Positions 1 through 9,280 are shown, counted from the first letter of the stretch. The stretch: 64,000 nt of DNA from an uncultured virus (IMG/VR IMGVR_UViG_3300025168_000061) (IMGVR_UViG_3300025168_000061); one strand, 5' to 3'. The notes: a model not told the origin generated them from the letters alone. Program-made: numbers and translations.

Positions 1-56
1 GATGTTGTGCTACCAAAATCTATATTTGGTGCTTGTTGTTGGTTTGGATTGTTCAT
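1..56 (-). CDS. 5' part of a hypothetical protein running off the window (MNNPNQQQAPNIDFGSTT...)
   Basis: ATG at 56, 14 nt after the clamp loader stop; open to the window edge. Confidence 0.6.
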   Translation of the reverse strand, partial: MNNPNQQQAPNIDFGSTT

Positions 57-70
57 AATTTTTATTTTAT

Positions 71-994
71 TTATATTACTTGTGGTTTTTTAATTTCAAT
101 TATTTTACTTAAACAGGATGCAATATTGATCTCTTTATCGATACGAAAGTTTGAATGGTACTGATGCTCATTTAATATTACTGCTACACTACCTTCTCTA
201 CCCTTAGCATATTCATGGGTATTATCAAACAGTGATCTATATAGTTCTTCGAAATCCTTAACTCCCGAGTCGGCAATTATTTGTCTTAACTTTCTATAAT
301 CCGTTTTTGGGTTTTTTAATTCGGCTATGACTTGTTTTATATAGTTGGATGATACTAGGATTGATTCATCTACTACTAACTCATTATCTTTGGTAGATAA
401 TTGAATCGTATTCAACATTTTTCGTATATCCGGATAATGGGTGTTGACTATTGTAGCTAAGACTTTTAAATCGTATTTTGTTTCTTCCTTGTCTAGGATT
501 GTAACTATGTGTTTTGCTACTTCTTTTTTACTTGGTGGTATTATTTTTAGTACTTGGCATCTTGATTGTAATGGGTCTATTATTCTCTCTATGAAGTTAC
601 ACGTCATAATAAAACGTGTAGTTCTTGAGAATGTTTCTATTACGTTTCTTAGTGATGCTTGCGCTTGAATTGTAAGGAAATCAGCTTCATCAAGGATAAC
701 AACTTTGATCTGTTTAAACGAAGCAGTACTTGAGAAATTTGTGACTTTGTCCCTAATAGTTTCAATACCCCGTTCATCGCTAGCGTTAATGTATAGATAG
801 TCGCAGTCCAAATTATTAACAATGAGTTTTGCAAGAGTAGTTTTACCCGTTCCGCTTGGACCATAGAATATAAAGTTTTGAATGTCATCTTGATCTAAAT
901 ATTTTTGTATTTGTTTTTTAATATGTTCGTTCCCTACATATTCATCTAAGGTCTTAGAACGATATCTCTCAACCAGGAGACTGTGGTCTTTCAT
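71..994 (-). CDS. Clamp loader AAA+ subunit (T4 gp44 / RFC small subunit-like)
   Basis: ERYR..LDEYVG, Walker A GPSGTGKT, INASDERGI, Walker B ILDEAD, LQSRC motif. Confidence 0.95.
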   Translation of the reverse strand: MKDHSLLVERYRSKTLDEYVGNEHIKKQIQKYLDQDDIQNFIFYGPSGTGKTTLAKLIVNNLDCDYLYINASDERGIETIRDKVTNFSSTASFKQIKVVILDEADFLTIQAQASLRNVIETFSRTTRFIMTCNFIERIIDPLQSRCQVLKIIPPSKKEVAKHIVTILDKEETKYDLKVLATIVNTHYPDIRKMLNTIQLSTKDNELVVDESILVSSNYIKQVIAELKNPKTDYRKLRQIIADSGVKDFEELYRSLFDNTHEYAKGREGSVAVILNEHQYHSNFRIDKEINIASCLSKIIEIKKPQVI

Positions 995-1014
995 AACTTT
1001 TTTTGTTTTAGTGT

Positions 1015-1044
1015 AATATACGAATAATTTTTGGCTTCTCCTAA
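1015..1044 (-). promoter_or_regulatory. Bacteroidota-type promoter variant (TTAG-N20-TATATT)
   Basis: Same spacing as seven TTTG-N19/20-TATATT copies; lies upstream of the clamp loader. Confidence 0.55.
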
Positions 1045-1242
1045 TTAATATTCATCTTCGTTTTGGTTTAATGGATTCCATCTATGTTCCTTTGAGACAT
1101 AATGAATTGTCTCTTCATCACTAATAATGACTATCCTATTTTGACTTAGAAATCTATCTAATTGGTCACTCGGATACTTTGTTTCAATTTCATGTATTGG
1201 AATACCTGTTGGGTCTAGTACTTGAATTTTGATTTTACTCAT
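1045..1242 (-). CDS. Hypothetical protein (65 aa)
   Basis: ATGA overlap with the upstream ORF; bounded by 22-bp repeats. Confidence 0.7.
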   Translation of the reverse strand: MSKIKIQVLDPTGIPIHEIETKYPSDQLDRFLSQNRIVIISDEETIHYVSKEHRWNPLNQNEDEY

Positions 1243-1501
1243 CTTCGTTTTGGTTTAATGAATTCATCATACCCACACATTTCTCTATCTTCGATAATAT
1301 CACCTATTTTATGTTTATTCCACCAAGATTTAGTTGTTGTGTTTTCTAATTTAATTTTACCCTCAAATGTTCCTCTATCGTCATATACATGCTCGACATA
1401 TAAACACTTTGTCCCTTCAATAAACCAAGTATCTTTTTTAGCGATATAATATTCCCCTTCTATAAAATCTTCTTTACTCTTCATCTTTGTTTTGGTTTAA
1501 T
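1052..1501. repeat. Three direct repeats tcatcttcgttttggtttaat(g) at 1052-1073, 1239-1260 and 1481-1501
   Basis: First two are identical over 22 bp; the third has one mismatch over 21 bp. Confidence 0.9.
1239..1484 (-). CDS. Hypothetical protein (81 aa)
   Basis: ORF in operon orientation, bounded by the repeats. Confidence 0.7.
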   Translation of the reverse strand: MKSKEDFIEGEYYIAKKDTWFIEGTKCLYVEHVYDDRGTFEGKIKLENTTTKSWWNKHKIGDIIEDREMCGYDEFIKPKRR

Positions 1502-1760
1502 ATTCATCTCCGTAAATATTATATCTTTTTATGGGTTCGGGTTTGATTTCTTCTTCAGATGTTTTAATTGCATACAATTTACTTCCTAAAGGATCTAATC
1601 TATATTCACCCTTAAAGTTAGTAGCTCCCAAATATGCTTCTAAAGTATCTGTTAAAGATTTGTGGATGATCTTTTTGGAGTCATCTACTAAAAGCCAAGA
1701 ATCCCCAGGGGGGACTCTTGTGGCTATTAGTTCATTATGTTCTATAACTTTTGTTTCCAT
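1497..1760 (-). CDS. Hypothetical protein (87 aa)
   Basis: Starts 1 nt after the groEL stop. Confidence 0.8.
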   Translation of the reverse strand: METKVIEHNELIATRVPPGDSWLLVDDSKKIIHKSLTDTLEAYLGATNFKGEYRLDPLGSKLYAIKTSEEEIKPEPIKRYNIYGDEY

Positions 1761-1761
1761 A

Positions 1762-3387
1762 TTACATCATTCCCATCATTGCTGAAGGGTCTATTTCTGG
1801 TGTATTAGATTCTGATGGTTTGTCAACAATTGTTGCTTCTGTTAGTAGAATAGTTCCCGCAATTGAAGAAGCATTTTGTAATGCACTTCTTGTTACTTTA
1901 AATGGATCTATAATACCCGCATCTTTTAGGTTAACGTTTTCACTTGTTTTGATGTTATATCCATCCCAATTTAATGTTTCAACTGTAGTGGATATTTCTG
2001 TGGCTTCTTCATTAGTGTAACCTGCATTGGTTAGGATTTGAATAAATGGTTGTTTACATGCCTTTTTAACTATGTAAGCACCAAATTCAAAATCAGCATT
2101 TCCTTTGCATTCTACTTTTAATGAAGCACCCAATAAAGCAACTCCACCACCAGGTAGGATTCCTTCTTCAATTGCAGCTTTAGTAGCATGTAAGGCATCA
2201 TCAACTCTATCTTTCTTTTCATTCATCTCAGTTTCTGTGTTTCCACCAACATGAACAATTGCTACCCCACCTACAAACTTAGACATTCTATTCTGCAAGC
2301 TTTCCATTTCAAATGGTGTTTGGGCATTTTCAATTTGTGTTGATAATTCTTCAACTCGGCTTGTAATAGCTTCTTCACTACCCTTACCATCAACAATTGT
2401 GGTTTTTTCTTTGGAGATTGTTGCTACTCTAGCTTCACCAAACCATTCCCAACTGAATTTTTCGAGTTTCATTCCTTTTTCTTTAGTAAATACTTGACCA
2501 CCTGTTAATGTAGCTATATCCTCTAAGACTAATTTTTTTCTATCTCCGAATTCAGGTGCTTTTACAGCACATACTTTTAAAGTGCCTCTCATCTTATTTA
2601 CAATAAGGGTAGCTAAGGCTTCATTATCAATATCATCTGCGATAATTAATAATGATTTATTAGTGTTAGATACACCCTCTAAAATTGGTAATAATTCCTT
2701 TACTTGAGTAAATTTATGGTCAGCAACTAAAACATAAACATCATTTAATGTTGATGTCATTGTATTATTGTTAGTAACAAAATATGGAGATTTAAATCCT
2801 CTATTAAATTGCATACCCTCAACAGTCTCTAAATATGTTTCTCCTGTTTTAGATTCTTCAATATGAACAACACCTTCTCTACCTACTTTTTCCATTGCTC
2901 TGGATATAAGTTTTCCTATTGTTTCATCATTATTAGCTGAAATAGTAGCGATTTGTTCTAGTTGTTCTGGGGAAGATACATCTTCGTTAATTGTTCTTAG
3001 TTGAGTTATAACTTGCTCTACAGCACTGTCAATTCCTCTTTTAATATCTACAGCATTTGCTCCCTCATCTAAAGCCGATAATCCTGCTTTAACCATTTCT
3101 CTAGCTAATAAAGTAGATGTAGTTGTACCATCACCTGCGTTATCTGCGGTTTTAATAGCGGCTTGTTTGATCATTTGAACCCCTAACTCTTCAGTTGGAT
3201 CATCTAATGAAATATTTTTAGCTACTGTTACTCCATCCTTTGTGGATTGTGGGGATTGTCCTGGTTTAGAAATTACTACGTTTCTACCATTTGGTCCTAA
3301 TGTAGATACTACTGCATTGGCCATTGTGTCTATACCTGATACTAATTTTGCTCTAGCCTCAGGTCCAAATTCAATAATTTTACTCAT
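1762..3387 (-). CDS. groEL: Chaperonin GroEL
   Basis: TLGPNGRNV, TKDGVTVAK, GDGTTT, VEGMQFNRG, C-terminal MMGMM. Confidence 0.98.
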   Translation of the reverse strand: MSKIIEFGPEARAKLVSGIDTMANAVVSTLGPNGRNVVISKPGQSPQSTKDGVTVAKNISLDDPTEELGVQMIKQAAIKTADNAGDGTTTSTLLAREMVKAGLSALDEGANAVDIKRGIDSAVEQVITQLRTINEDVSSPEQLEQIATISANNDETIGKLISRAMEKVGREGVVHIEESKTGETYLETVEGMQFNRGFKSPYFVTNNNTMTSTLNDVYVLVADHKFTQVKELLPILEGVSNTNKSLLIIADDIDNEALATLIVNKMRGTLKVCAVKAPEFGDRKKLVLEDIATLTGGQVFTKEKGMKLEKFSWEWFGEARVATISKEKTTIVDGKGSEEAITSRVEELSTQIENAQTPFEMESLQNRMSKFVGGVAIVHVGGNTETEMNEKKDRVDDALHATKAAIEEGILPGGGVALLGASLKVECKGNADFEFGAYIVKKACKQPFIQILTNAGYTNEEATEISTTVETLNWDGYNIKTSENVNLKDAGIIDPFKVTRSALQNASSIAGTILLTEATIVDKPSESNTPEIDPSAMMGMM

Positions 3388-3388
3388 A

Positions 3389-3715
3389 TTACTTTGTTGT
3401 TTTTGATTCTTCTGTTAATACTTCTGATTTTACTCTAGCTAGGATTTGTGTTTCTTGCCCTATGTAGTACTCATCTCCTTTGTGTTCTAATTTAGTAAAA
3501 CCAATTGTAGGTAAGATAACACTATCTCCTACTTGGATTTCAGTTTCTATGAAACCTACTCCTCCAACATGGCGACCAGGACCAACAGCTACTACTGTTC
3601 CATGTTCGTTTCTGTCTTTACCTAAATCTGGTACTACTATTGAACCATAAGTTGTTTCCTCTTCTTCTTGAGGTTTAACGATAACCGCATCAAATAATGC
3701 TTCTAATTCTGTCAT
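3389..3715 (-). CDS. groES: Co-chaperonin GroES
   Basis: LFDAVIVK, TTYGSIVVP mobile loop, GTVVAVGPG; adjacent to groEL. Confidence 0.95.
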   Translation of the reverse strand: MTELEALFDAVIVKPQEEEETTYGSIVVPDLGKDRNEHGTVVAVGPGRHVGGVGFIETEIQVGDSVILPTIGFTKLEHKGDEYYIGQETQILARVKSEVLTEESKTTK

Positions 3716-3743
3716 AACATTGTTGTTTTTTATGTTTTGGGTT

Positions 3744-3772
3744 AATATAATAAAAATATTTCAGTAAGCAAA
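3744..3772 (-). promoter_or_regulatory. TTTG-N19-TATATT promoter upstream of groES
   Basis: Matches the recurring motif. Confidence 0.65.
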
Positions 3773-4292
3773 CCTAGGATGCGTTTTTTTTACTTAATTT
3801 CTACTGTTTTTTGTTGTTTAGTTTTTGCTACAGGAATGGATAAATTTAATAATCCATTTTCCATTTTAGCTTTTACTTTTGGTAAATCAAATTTGGAGGC
3901 AATTTTATACCCTAAATCAAATGATTTTTTGGATAAACCGTGGTAAATGTAACCTGAAAGATCTGAGGTGTCTTCTGGTTTTTGGTAATTTATTTTTAAT
4001 AAATCCCCATCTATATCTATATTAATATCTTCTTTAGTTAGACCTGTACAAGCCACTTCAAAGTGGAGTCCTTCATCGTCATAAAAAATATTAATTGGGT
4101 GGGGTTGCTTTGAATTTAAAGCGGGGGCAAATTTATCTTCGGCATTGAAGAAATTGCGGAATAAAATGTCGAACGGTGAACGTTCATCAAATAATGTACT
4201 CATATCATATAATTTTGTGAGTGCCTTGGCTACTCTGTTTATTAATTACTTGACTTCCATTTGGTAAGTCGTTTTGTGCATCCTAAGTTTGC
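3768..4292. repeat. 15-bp inverted repeat flanking hsp20 (arms 3768-3782 and 4278-4292)
   Basis: gcaaacctaggatgc versus the reverse complement of gcatcctaagtttgc; the one mismatch is a G:U pair in the mRNA. Confidence 0.8.
3790..4203 (-). CDS. Small heat-shock protein (Hsp20/IbpA family)
   Basis: P.NI...EVA..GL.KEDI.I and AKMENGLLNLSIP alpha-crystallin motifs. Confidence 0.93.
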   Translation of the reverse strand: MSTLFDERSPFDILFRNFFNAEDKFAPALNSKQPHPINIFYDDEGLHFEVACTGLTKEDINIDIDGDLLKINYQKPEDTSDLSGYIYHGLSKKSFDLGYKIASKFDLPKVKAKMENGLLNLSIPVAKTKQQKTVEIK

Positions 4293-4295
4293 AAG

Positions 4296-4303
4296 TATAA
4301 ATA
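4296..4303 (-). promoter_or_regulatory. TATTTATA putative late promoter (hsp20)
   Basis: Recurring intergenic motif. Confidence 0.6.
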
Positions 4304-4321
4304 TATGGGAAAAATTCCCTA

Positions 4322-5059
4322 TTACAAAACTCCATCTTCTTGTGGAACCATGTAATATTCACTTTCAATGTTTTCATTTTGGAATGTTAAATACATCAAT
4401 CCCTCTTGAGATATTTTAAGTAGACCTTCATCTACGTCCTTATTGGCATTCAATATTGTTTTCAACATATCTGAGTTGTATCTGATTTTAATGTTGTCTT
4501 TTTTAATTTCTCCCTTTAGTTGGTATGTTATTTTATTATTGTGACCTGCTTCATCTCCAAAAACAAATTCACAAACATCAACTCCATCCAGATCTTGGGT
4601 TGTTGTAACCAACATATTGTCTATATCTGCTAAAGCACTTTTTGCTTTTAGGAGATTACCAATTTCTTCCCTGGTTATTTTTAATTCAATATCCCATCCA
4701 TCAACGGGTTTTACTTTGCCTGCTTTTTTAATTAGTAATGGGTCTGATAATGCATAGGATAAATTAAAGTTCAAATCAGATATGTTAAGTTTTAATAACA
4801 TTTCTTTTTGTTTTTCTAATTCTAGTAATAGGTCTCCACTACATATTGAAATTAAATTTGATAGTTTTTTGGTATTATATATCGCTAAATCCGCATCTTC
4901 TAATGGAAAATCACCACATCTTACACTACCTAATACCATTCTACTAGGTGCTGCAAAATTAATTGTTAGATGATTATCTCGTATTTCCCATTTTACTCTT
5001 TCTATTTCTCCTAAATAATATTTAGAGATAACATTTTGTACTATGTTTTTATTTATCAT
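4322..5059 (-). CDS. DNA polymerase sliding clamp (gp45-like)
   Basis: 245 aa with an alternating beta/alpha pattern; follows the polymerase, and a clamp loader is nearby. Confidence 0.75.
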   Translation of the reverse strand: MINKNIVQNVISKYYLGEIERVKWEIRDNHLTINFAAPSRMVLGSVRCGDFPLEDADLAIYNTKKLSNLISICSGDLLLELEKQKEMLLKLNISDLNFNLSYALSDPLLIKKAGKVKPVDGWDIELKITREEIGNLLKAKSALADIDNMLVTTTQDLDGVDVCEFVFGDEAGHNNKITYQLKGEIKKDNIKIRYNSDMLKTILNANKDVDEGLLKISQEGLMYLTFQNENIESEYYMVPQEDGVL

Positions 5060-5070
5060 GCTTTAATTTA

Positions 5071-6030
5071 TTAAAATTCAAAAAATTTATCTATGTTTTC
5101 GTTCAGGTTAAGATGCCAACTTAGATCGCTAAAGAATCCCTCTAATTTATTTAATAATATGCTTTCAAATACCTTTTTTGTATCAGCGTATTCATCTAAG
5201 AAATCTTTTATTTTATCAGGTAAATCAAATTCTAAAAAAGCTAGGGCTTCGATTTGATAGGTGTTTGGTTTAAGGTAAATCCATTTAACTTTATCACCTT
5301 GTGTTATATAACTGTGTTTTCCATTTAAATTCCAAAATCTAATTAAGTCATTATAAGCTATAGTTGCCTTAACTGATGCTGGTGCTCCTTTAGCGGGGGA
5401 GGAAAACATTTCACCGGCCCTAGCTTTTCGTTCAGTATATTTATTTAATGTTTTTACTGATGTTGGGTTACCTAATTCTGTTAATGGGATTTCTCCGTTT
5501 AATATTTCTTTTTTAAATTCTTTTACTCTTTGATATATTTCTTCTTGTTGGGTTCCCTTTAGAACATCAATTAAAACCTCTTTAAAAAACTTACCTAATA
5601 CAGGAGGAAAATTTGATTTTTTAAATTCTAATCCTTTTATATCTAATGTTTCTTTTTCAATACCCTCTTGTTTAGTAATCCATTGGGCATATCTTCTAGT
5701 AGCTCTGAAATATGCGGATCGAATGACACATTCTGTTTTCATTTCTAACCAATGGTCTTTTTCTCTATCTTCAAACCATGGGAATTTATAAACATTAAAT
5801 GCTTCTTTAGATAAAATATCATATTGGTTTGTTATAATATCCTGATATTCTAAGGCTATAGTTTCTAGGGATCCATCTTTTTCTTTATCAGACATTTCAT
5901 CAAAATTTGAATGACGATGTCTTAATAAGGGTTCAGCATGGATATAGATTGAATCAGTGTCTGAATAAGCTATATAGTTAGTTGCTTCCCTATCACATAT
6001 CCACCAAGGTGTGTCTTCTAAATGTTTCAT
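5071..6030 (-). CDS. Family B DNA polymerase, C-terminal part (motif C, thumb)
   Basis: YSDTDSIY, RRYAQW, LDIKGLEFKKS, GDKVKWIYL. Confidence 0.93.
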   Translation of the reverse strand: MKHLEDTPWWICDREATNYIAYSDTDSIYIHAEPLLRHRHSNFDEMSDKEKDGSLETIALEYQDIITNQYDILSKEAFNVYKFPWFEDREKDHWLEMKTECVIRSAYFRATRRYAQWITKQEGIEKETLDIKGLEFKKSNFPPVLGKFFKEVLIDVLKGTQQEEIYQRVKEFKKEILNGEIPLTELGNPTSVKTLNKYTERKARAGEMFSSPAKGAPASVKATIAYNDLIRFWNLNGKHSYITQGDKVKWIYLKPNTYQIEALAFLEFDLPDKIKDFLDEYADTKKVFESILLNKLEGFFSDLSWHLNLNENIDKFFEF

Positions 6031-6287
6031 TCCCAGTCCTCCGGTTTTTTAAGTTTAGTTGGAGATTCAAAATCTCCTCTGCTATTTCGTATCTTAGAAC
6101 CTGATTTTTTAATTTCATAAACATTACCTCGAAGTGTTATTTTACCCCCCTGTTGGAGCATCTTTCGAAAGCGTTGTTCTTCCTTTTCAGTGAATTCTTT
6201 TGATATTTCTATCATTTCATCCTTTTCTAATAACTTGCCATTTAAATAAATGGTATGTTCTTTTCTGATTGACTGTTTACTTAACAT
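6027..6287 (-). CDS. Basic hypothetical protein (86 aa) lying between the two polB halves
   Basis: Overlaps both neighbours (ATGTTAA and ATGA). Confidence 0.8.
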   Translation of the reverse strand: MLSKQSIRKEHTIYLNGKLLEKDEMIEISKEFTEKEEQRFRKMLQQGGKITLRGNVYEIKKSGSKIRNSRGDFESPTKLKKPEDWE

Positions 6288-8014
6288 AATTCTCCTCGAA
6301 TTTCTTGGTTCATTTTTCTATTTGCACATAAAGCACTCTCCTGGATTATGCGCTGACCAGAGAGAGTTATAGATTTTGATAATGTTCTATTCCCATATCT
6401 AAAACTTGCTAAAGCCGTTGCACCATACAAACTATTTAATAAAATTTTCATAGTATATTGTTTCATATGAAATTTAGCTCCTAAATCCTTATCTTTAACC
6501 TTATATGCTTTTTTCATTTCATTTTTATAATTAACTCTTTCCCCAAACCATTTAGCTAATATTGTTGATAATACTGATTGTCTGTCGGTTGCATACATTG
6601 TCCCATTAGCTGAAACAGTCCATTTATTATCTTTTATAAATTTAATTAGTTGGGATACTGTTAATTCCGCTCTTTTATTTTTATTATTTTTAATTAAAAT
6701 AGACTTATTAGGATCCATTTCTTCCAAATCATTTAATCCTAAACGATTATTTCTACTGTCAGCATCTATAATGTAACCCATTAATGTTTCTTTTCCTATA
6801 TTTAAAGACATTATAATACAAGGATATAGTGATGTTAAATCTTCATCAAACACATAATTATAGATACCTGCTTTAGGGCAAAATAAGTATCCACCTGCGT
6901 AGCTATCAGTATAATTAATGTGTGGATCCTTATTGGGAGGAACTATTCCTTTACCTAATAAGTAAGCTGAAATAGCACCATCTTGGGTTACTGTATTAGC
7001 ATAAATTTCATGGTATAAATGTTTTCCTTTATGAGCTATGTTTTTTGTTAAAGACAAATATTCTAGGTTTTCATCTAATTTAACTAATATTTCAACATCC
7101 ACAAAATTGTATTGAATGAATTTTTGAATATCTGTCTCAAATAAAGTATCTAAGTTACCATCATATTCTACTTTATTTATACCCGCATACTTTTCTCCAA
7201 TTGCATCTAGTTTCCAACTTGGTTCATCTGCCCAACTATATTTTTTATGCATTCTCATATAATCAAGAGATGATAGTCCTTTTATATCTACTTCTTGGAA
7301 ATTTTTTCCCTTAATAGTATCTTTATGCCTAGTAAGACTTGAGGTGACTTTCCCAATAGGTGACATTCTATCAGCAAATTCCCTTCCTAATATATTACAA
7401 GTTCTATAGTAAAGGTAGGGTATATCAAAATAGTCTGAGTTGTATCCTATTAAAATATCAGGGCGGATTTCTTCCATTTTTTCAATCCATTTGAATAAAA
7501 GATCCTCTTCATGTTGTACAGGAATGATTTCTTTATTTTTGAATTTTTGATGTTTTAATTGATTTTTCTTATCTAAAATTACAATTCCCCATTTGTCTGC
7601 TAATTTATCATACCACGCTATGGAGGTAACCATTTTAGGAGCTTTCCTAATGCCCTCTTCTGTTAGAGAATCTAACATTTCGGTTTCAATATCAAAAAAT
7701 AGCTCGCAGTGGGTAGTTGAGGGTTCATCATTAGTTCCATATTTTTCAATTAAGAATTTTTGGTGAGCTTTCATGTCTGCAAAATGTATATCACTTTCAT
7801 TATCAGAAGCGGGACCAAAACCATTATAATAATATTTTGTAGTTTTCTTTAATGGTTTACCATTTAAACCTACATGGGTAGCATCTGCTTCATGACATTC
7901 TCTATAGGCAGGATTAACCCATTCAAAGTTTTTATATCCAGAATCTGACCATAAGTGGATTAAATGGGTGTTCTTTTTACCTCTTACCCTTTCTGTGTAT
8001 ATATTTTTGTACAT
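6281..8014 (-). CDS. Family B DNA polymerase, N-terminal part (3'-5' exonuclease, motifs A and B)
   Basis: FFDIET, GYNSDYFDIPY, YNFVDV, DLTSLYP, KILLNSLYG, SITLSGQ. Confidence 0.95.
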   Translation of the reverse strand: MYKNIYTERVRGKKNTHLIHLWSDSGYKNFEWVNPAYRECHEADATHVGLNGKPLKKTTKYYYNGFGPASDNESDIHFADMKAHQKFLIEKYGTNDEPSTTHCELFFDIETEMLDSLTEEGIRKAPKMVTSIAWYDKLADKWGIVILDKKNQLKHQKFKNKEIIPVQHEEDLLFKWIEKMEEIRPDILIGYNSDYFDIPYLYYRTCNILGREFADRMSPIGKVTSSLTRHKDTIKGKNFQEVDIKGLSSLDYMRMHKKYSWADEPSWKLDAIGEKYAGINKVEYDGNLDTLFETDIQKFIQYNFVDVEILVKLDENLEYLSLTKNIAHKGKHLYHEIYANTVTQDGAISAYLLGKGIVPPNKDPHINYTDSYAGGYLFCPKAGIYNYVFDEDLTSLYPCIIMSLNIGKETLMGYIIDADSRNNRLGLNDLEEMDPNKSILIKNNKNKRAELTVSQLIKFIKDNKWTVSANGTMYATDRQSVLSTILAKWFGERVNYKNEMKKAYKVKDKDLGAKFHMKQYTMKILLNSLYGATALASFRYGNRTLSKSITLSGQRIIQESALCANRKMNQEIRGELC

Positions 8015-8022
8015 TCGCTAAT

Positions 8023-8550
8023 TTAACTGTGTTTAATATAGTTTATTTCTGATTTAGTGAAAAATTGTCTTAGGTTTGGTCTAAAATAGTTAATATTTTT
8101 CATAACCTTATTATCATGGCTCCTGTATACAACATAACCATATTTGGTTTTTTCATAATGGCATTTAGTATTTTGTTCTCTACTTCTAACTTCCACTGTT
8201 TTAATAGCTTCTTCTTCAGTTGAACAAATTTTGGACATATTTGAGGCTTGCACTTCAGCATATCCTGCTTCAATTTTATCCTTTAATCCAAAAACCATAG
8301 CCCCATTCCCTAATCCTACATAGGCAATATCTAGGATAGCATCAAAAACTTCAACAATATCTCTATTTTCAATTGCTTCTTTTAATTCATCTAGTTCCTC
8401 TTGGATAAAATTAACTACAAAATCAGCATCTTCTCTGTTGATAGTAGGTTGGGTTTGGTTTTGGTAGGATTTACCCATTACGTTATTAAATTCCTCTACT
8501 TCGCTTATAAAGGGTACTTTTTCTTCTTTAAATGGTATTTCTAATTGCAT
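8023..8550 (-). CDS. MazG-like / PRA-PH family NTP pyrophosphohydrolase
   Basis: EELDEL...VEVFDAILDIAYV, EVQASNMSK, KVMK..YFRPNL. Confidence 0.88.
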   Translation of the reverse strand: MQLEIPFKEEKVPFISEVEEFNNVMGKSYQNQTQPTINREDADFVVNFIQEELDELKEAIENRDIVEVFDAILDIAYVGLGNGAMVFGLKDKIEAGYAEVQASNMSKICSTEEEAIKTVEVRSREQNTKCHYEKTKYGYVVYRSHDNKVMKNINYFRPNLRQFFTKSEINYIKHS

Positions 8551-8560
8551 AATTTTTATT

Positions 8561-9256
8561 TTATATGTTGTGTCCCCCGTTGTTGATTTTTAAACTATCA
8601 AAAAATTCTTTTCTGGATAGATTTTCATTATCTCTAAAAACACCTGATGCTTTGGTTGTAATCATAGCTGCTCCCTGATGTTTGACACCCCTACAGCTTA
8701 CGCAGTTATGTGTTCCTACAATAGTAACAATAACACCCTTATTACCTTCAGTAATTTTCGATACAGCATTATGTATTGCTGAAGTTAATTGTTCTTGGAT
8801 TGCTCCTCTTCTACCAAATAATTCAACTATTCTGTTTAATTTAGATAATCCAATTACCTGACCCTTATCTCCCGCTATATACCCAATATGAACTACCCCT
8901 CCAATTGTTTGGTGGTGATGTGAACACATTGAAGTTAGAGGTATATTTCTTTCAATAATAATACCGTCATAACCATCTGAGGGGAATGAGGTAATTGGGG
9001 ACATTGCTGTGTACCTACCTTCCCATAAATCATTTACATATGCTTTGGCTACACGTTTAGGTGTTTCCATTGAATTGGGGTCATTTCTCCAATCACACCT
9101 TAGGGCATCTAAAAAATCACCGAATGCTATTGTAGCATCTTCGATCATATCTGATTTTTCTTGAAGGGATAGGGGAAATCCTTCTGCTACTCCATTAGCA
9201 AAACCTTCTTTTACCACTTCTAATTCCTCGTGGATTTTTCTACGTTTGTTTTCCAT
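8561..9256 (-). CDS. folE: GTP cyclohydrolase I
   Basis: ETPKRVAK, SMCSHH, GLSKLNR, IQEQLT, HNCVSCRGV. Confidence 0.97.
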   Translation of the reverse strand: MENKRRKIHEELEVVKEGFANGVAEGFPLSLQEKSDMIEDATIAFGDFLDALRCDWRNDPNSMETPKRVAKAYVNDLWEGRYTAMSPITSFPSDGYDGIIIERNIPLTSMCSHHHQTIGGVVHIGYIAGDKGQVIGLSKLNRIVELFGRRGAIQEQLTSAIHNAVSKITEGNKGVIVTIVGTHNCVSCRGVKHQGAAMITTKASGVFRDNENLSRKEFFDSLKINNGGHNI

Positions 9257-9280
9257 TGATTATACTTTTATGTTTATCTC

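Noticed and set aside
1052..1501. CRISPR-like array
   Set aside because: Only three repeats, with intervals of 165 and 220 nt that are protein-coding; no cas genes or leader.
4215..4240. CIRCE operator before the chaperone genes
   Set aside because: GCACTC/GAGT half-matches are present, but not the TTAGCACTC-N9-GAGTGCTAA arrangement; better explained as an RNA hairpin.
6027..6287. Group I intron or intein in polB
   Set aside because: No recognisable intron core or intein termini; the insert is a clean ORF coupled at both ends. Not formally excluded without RT-PCR.
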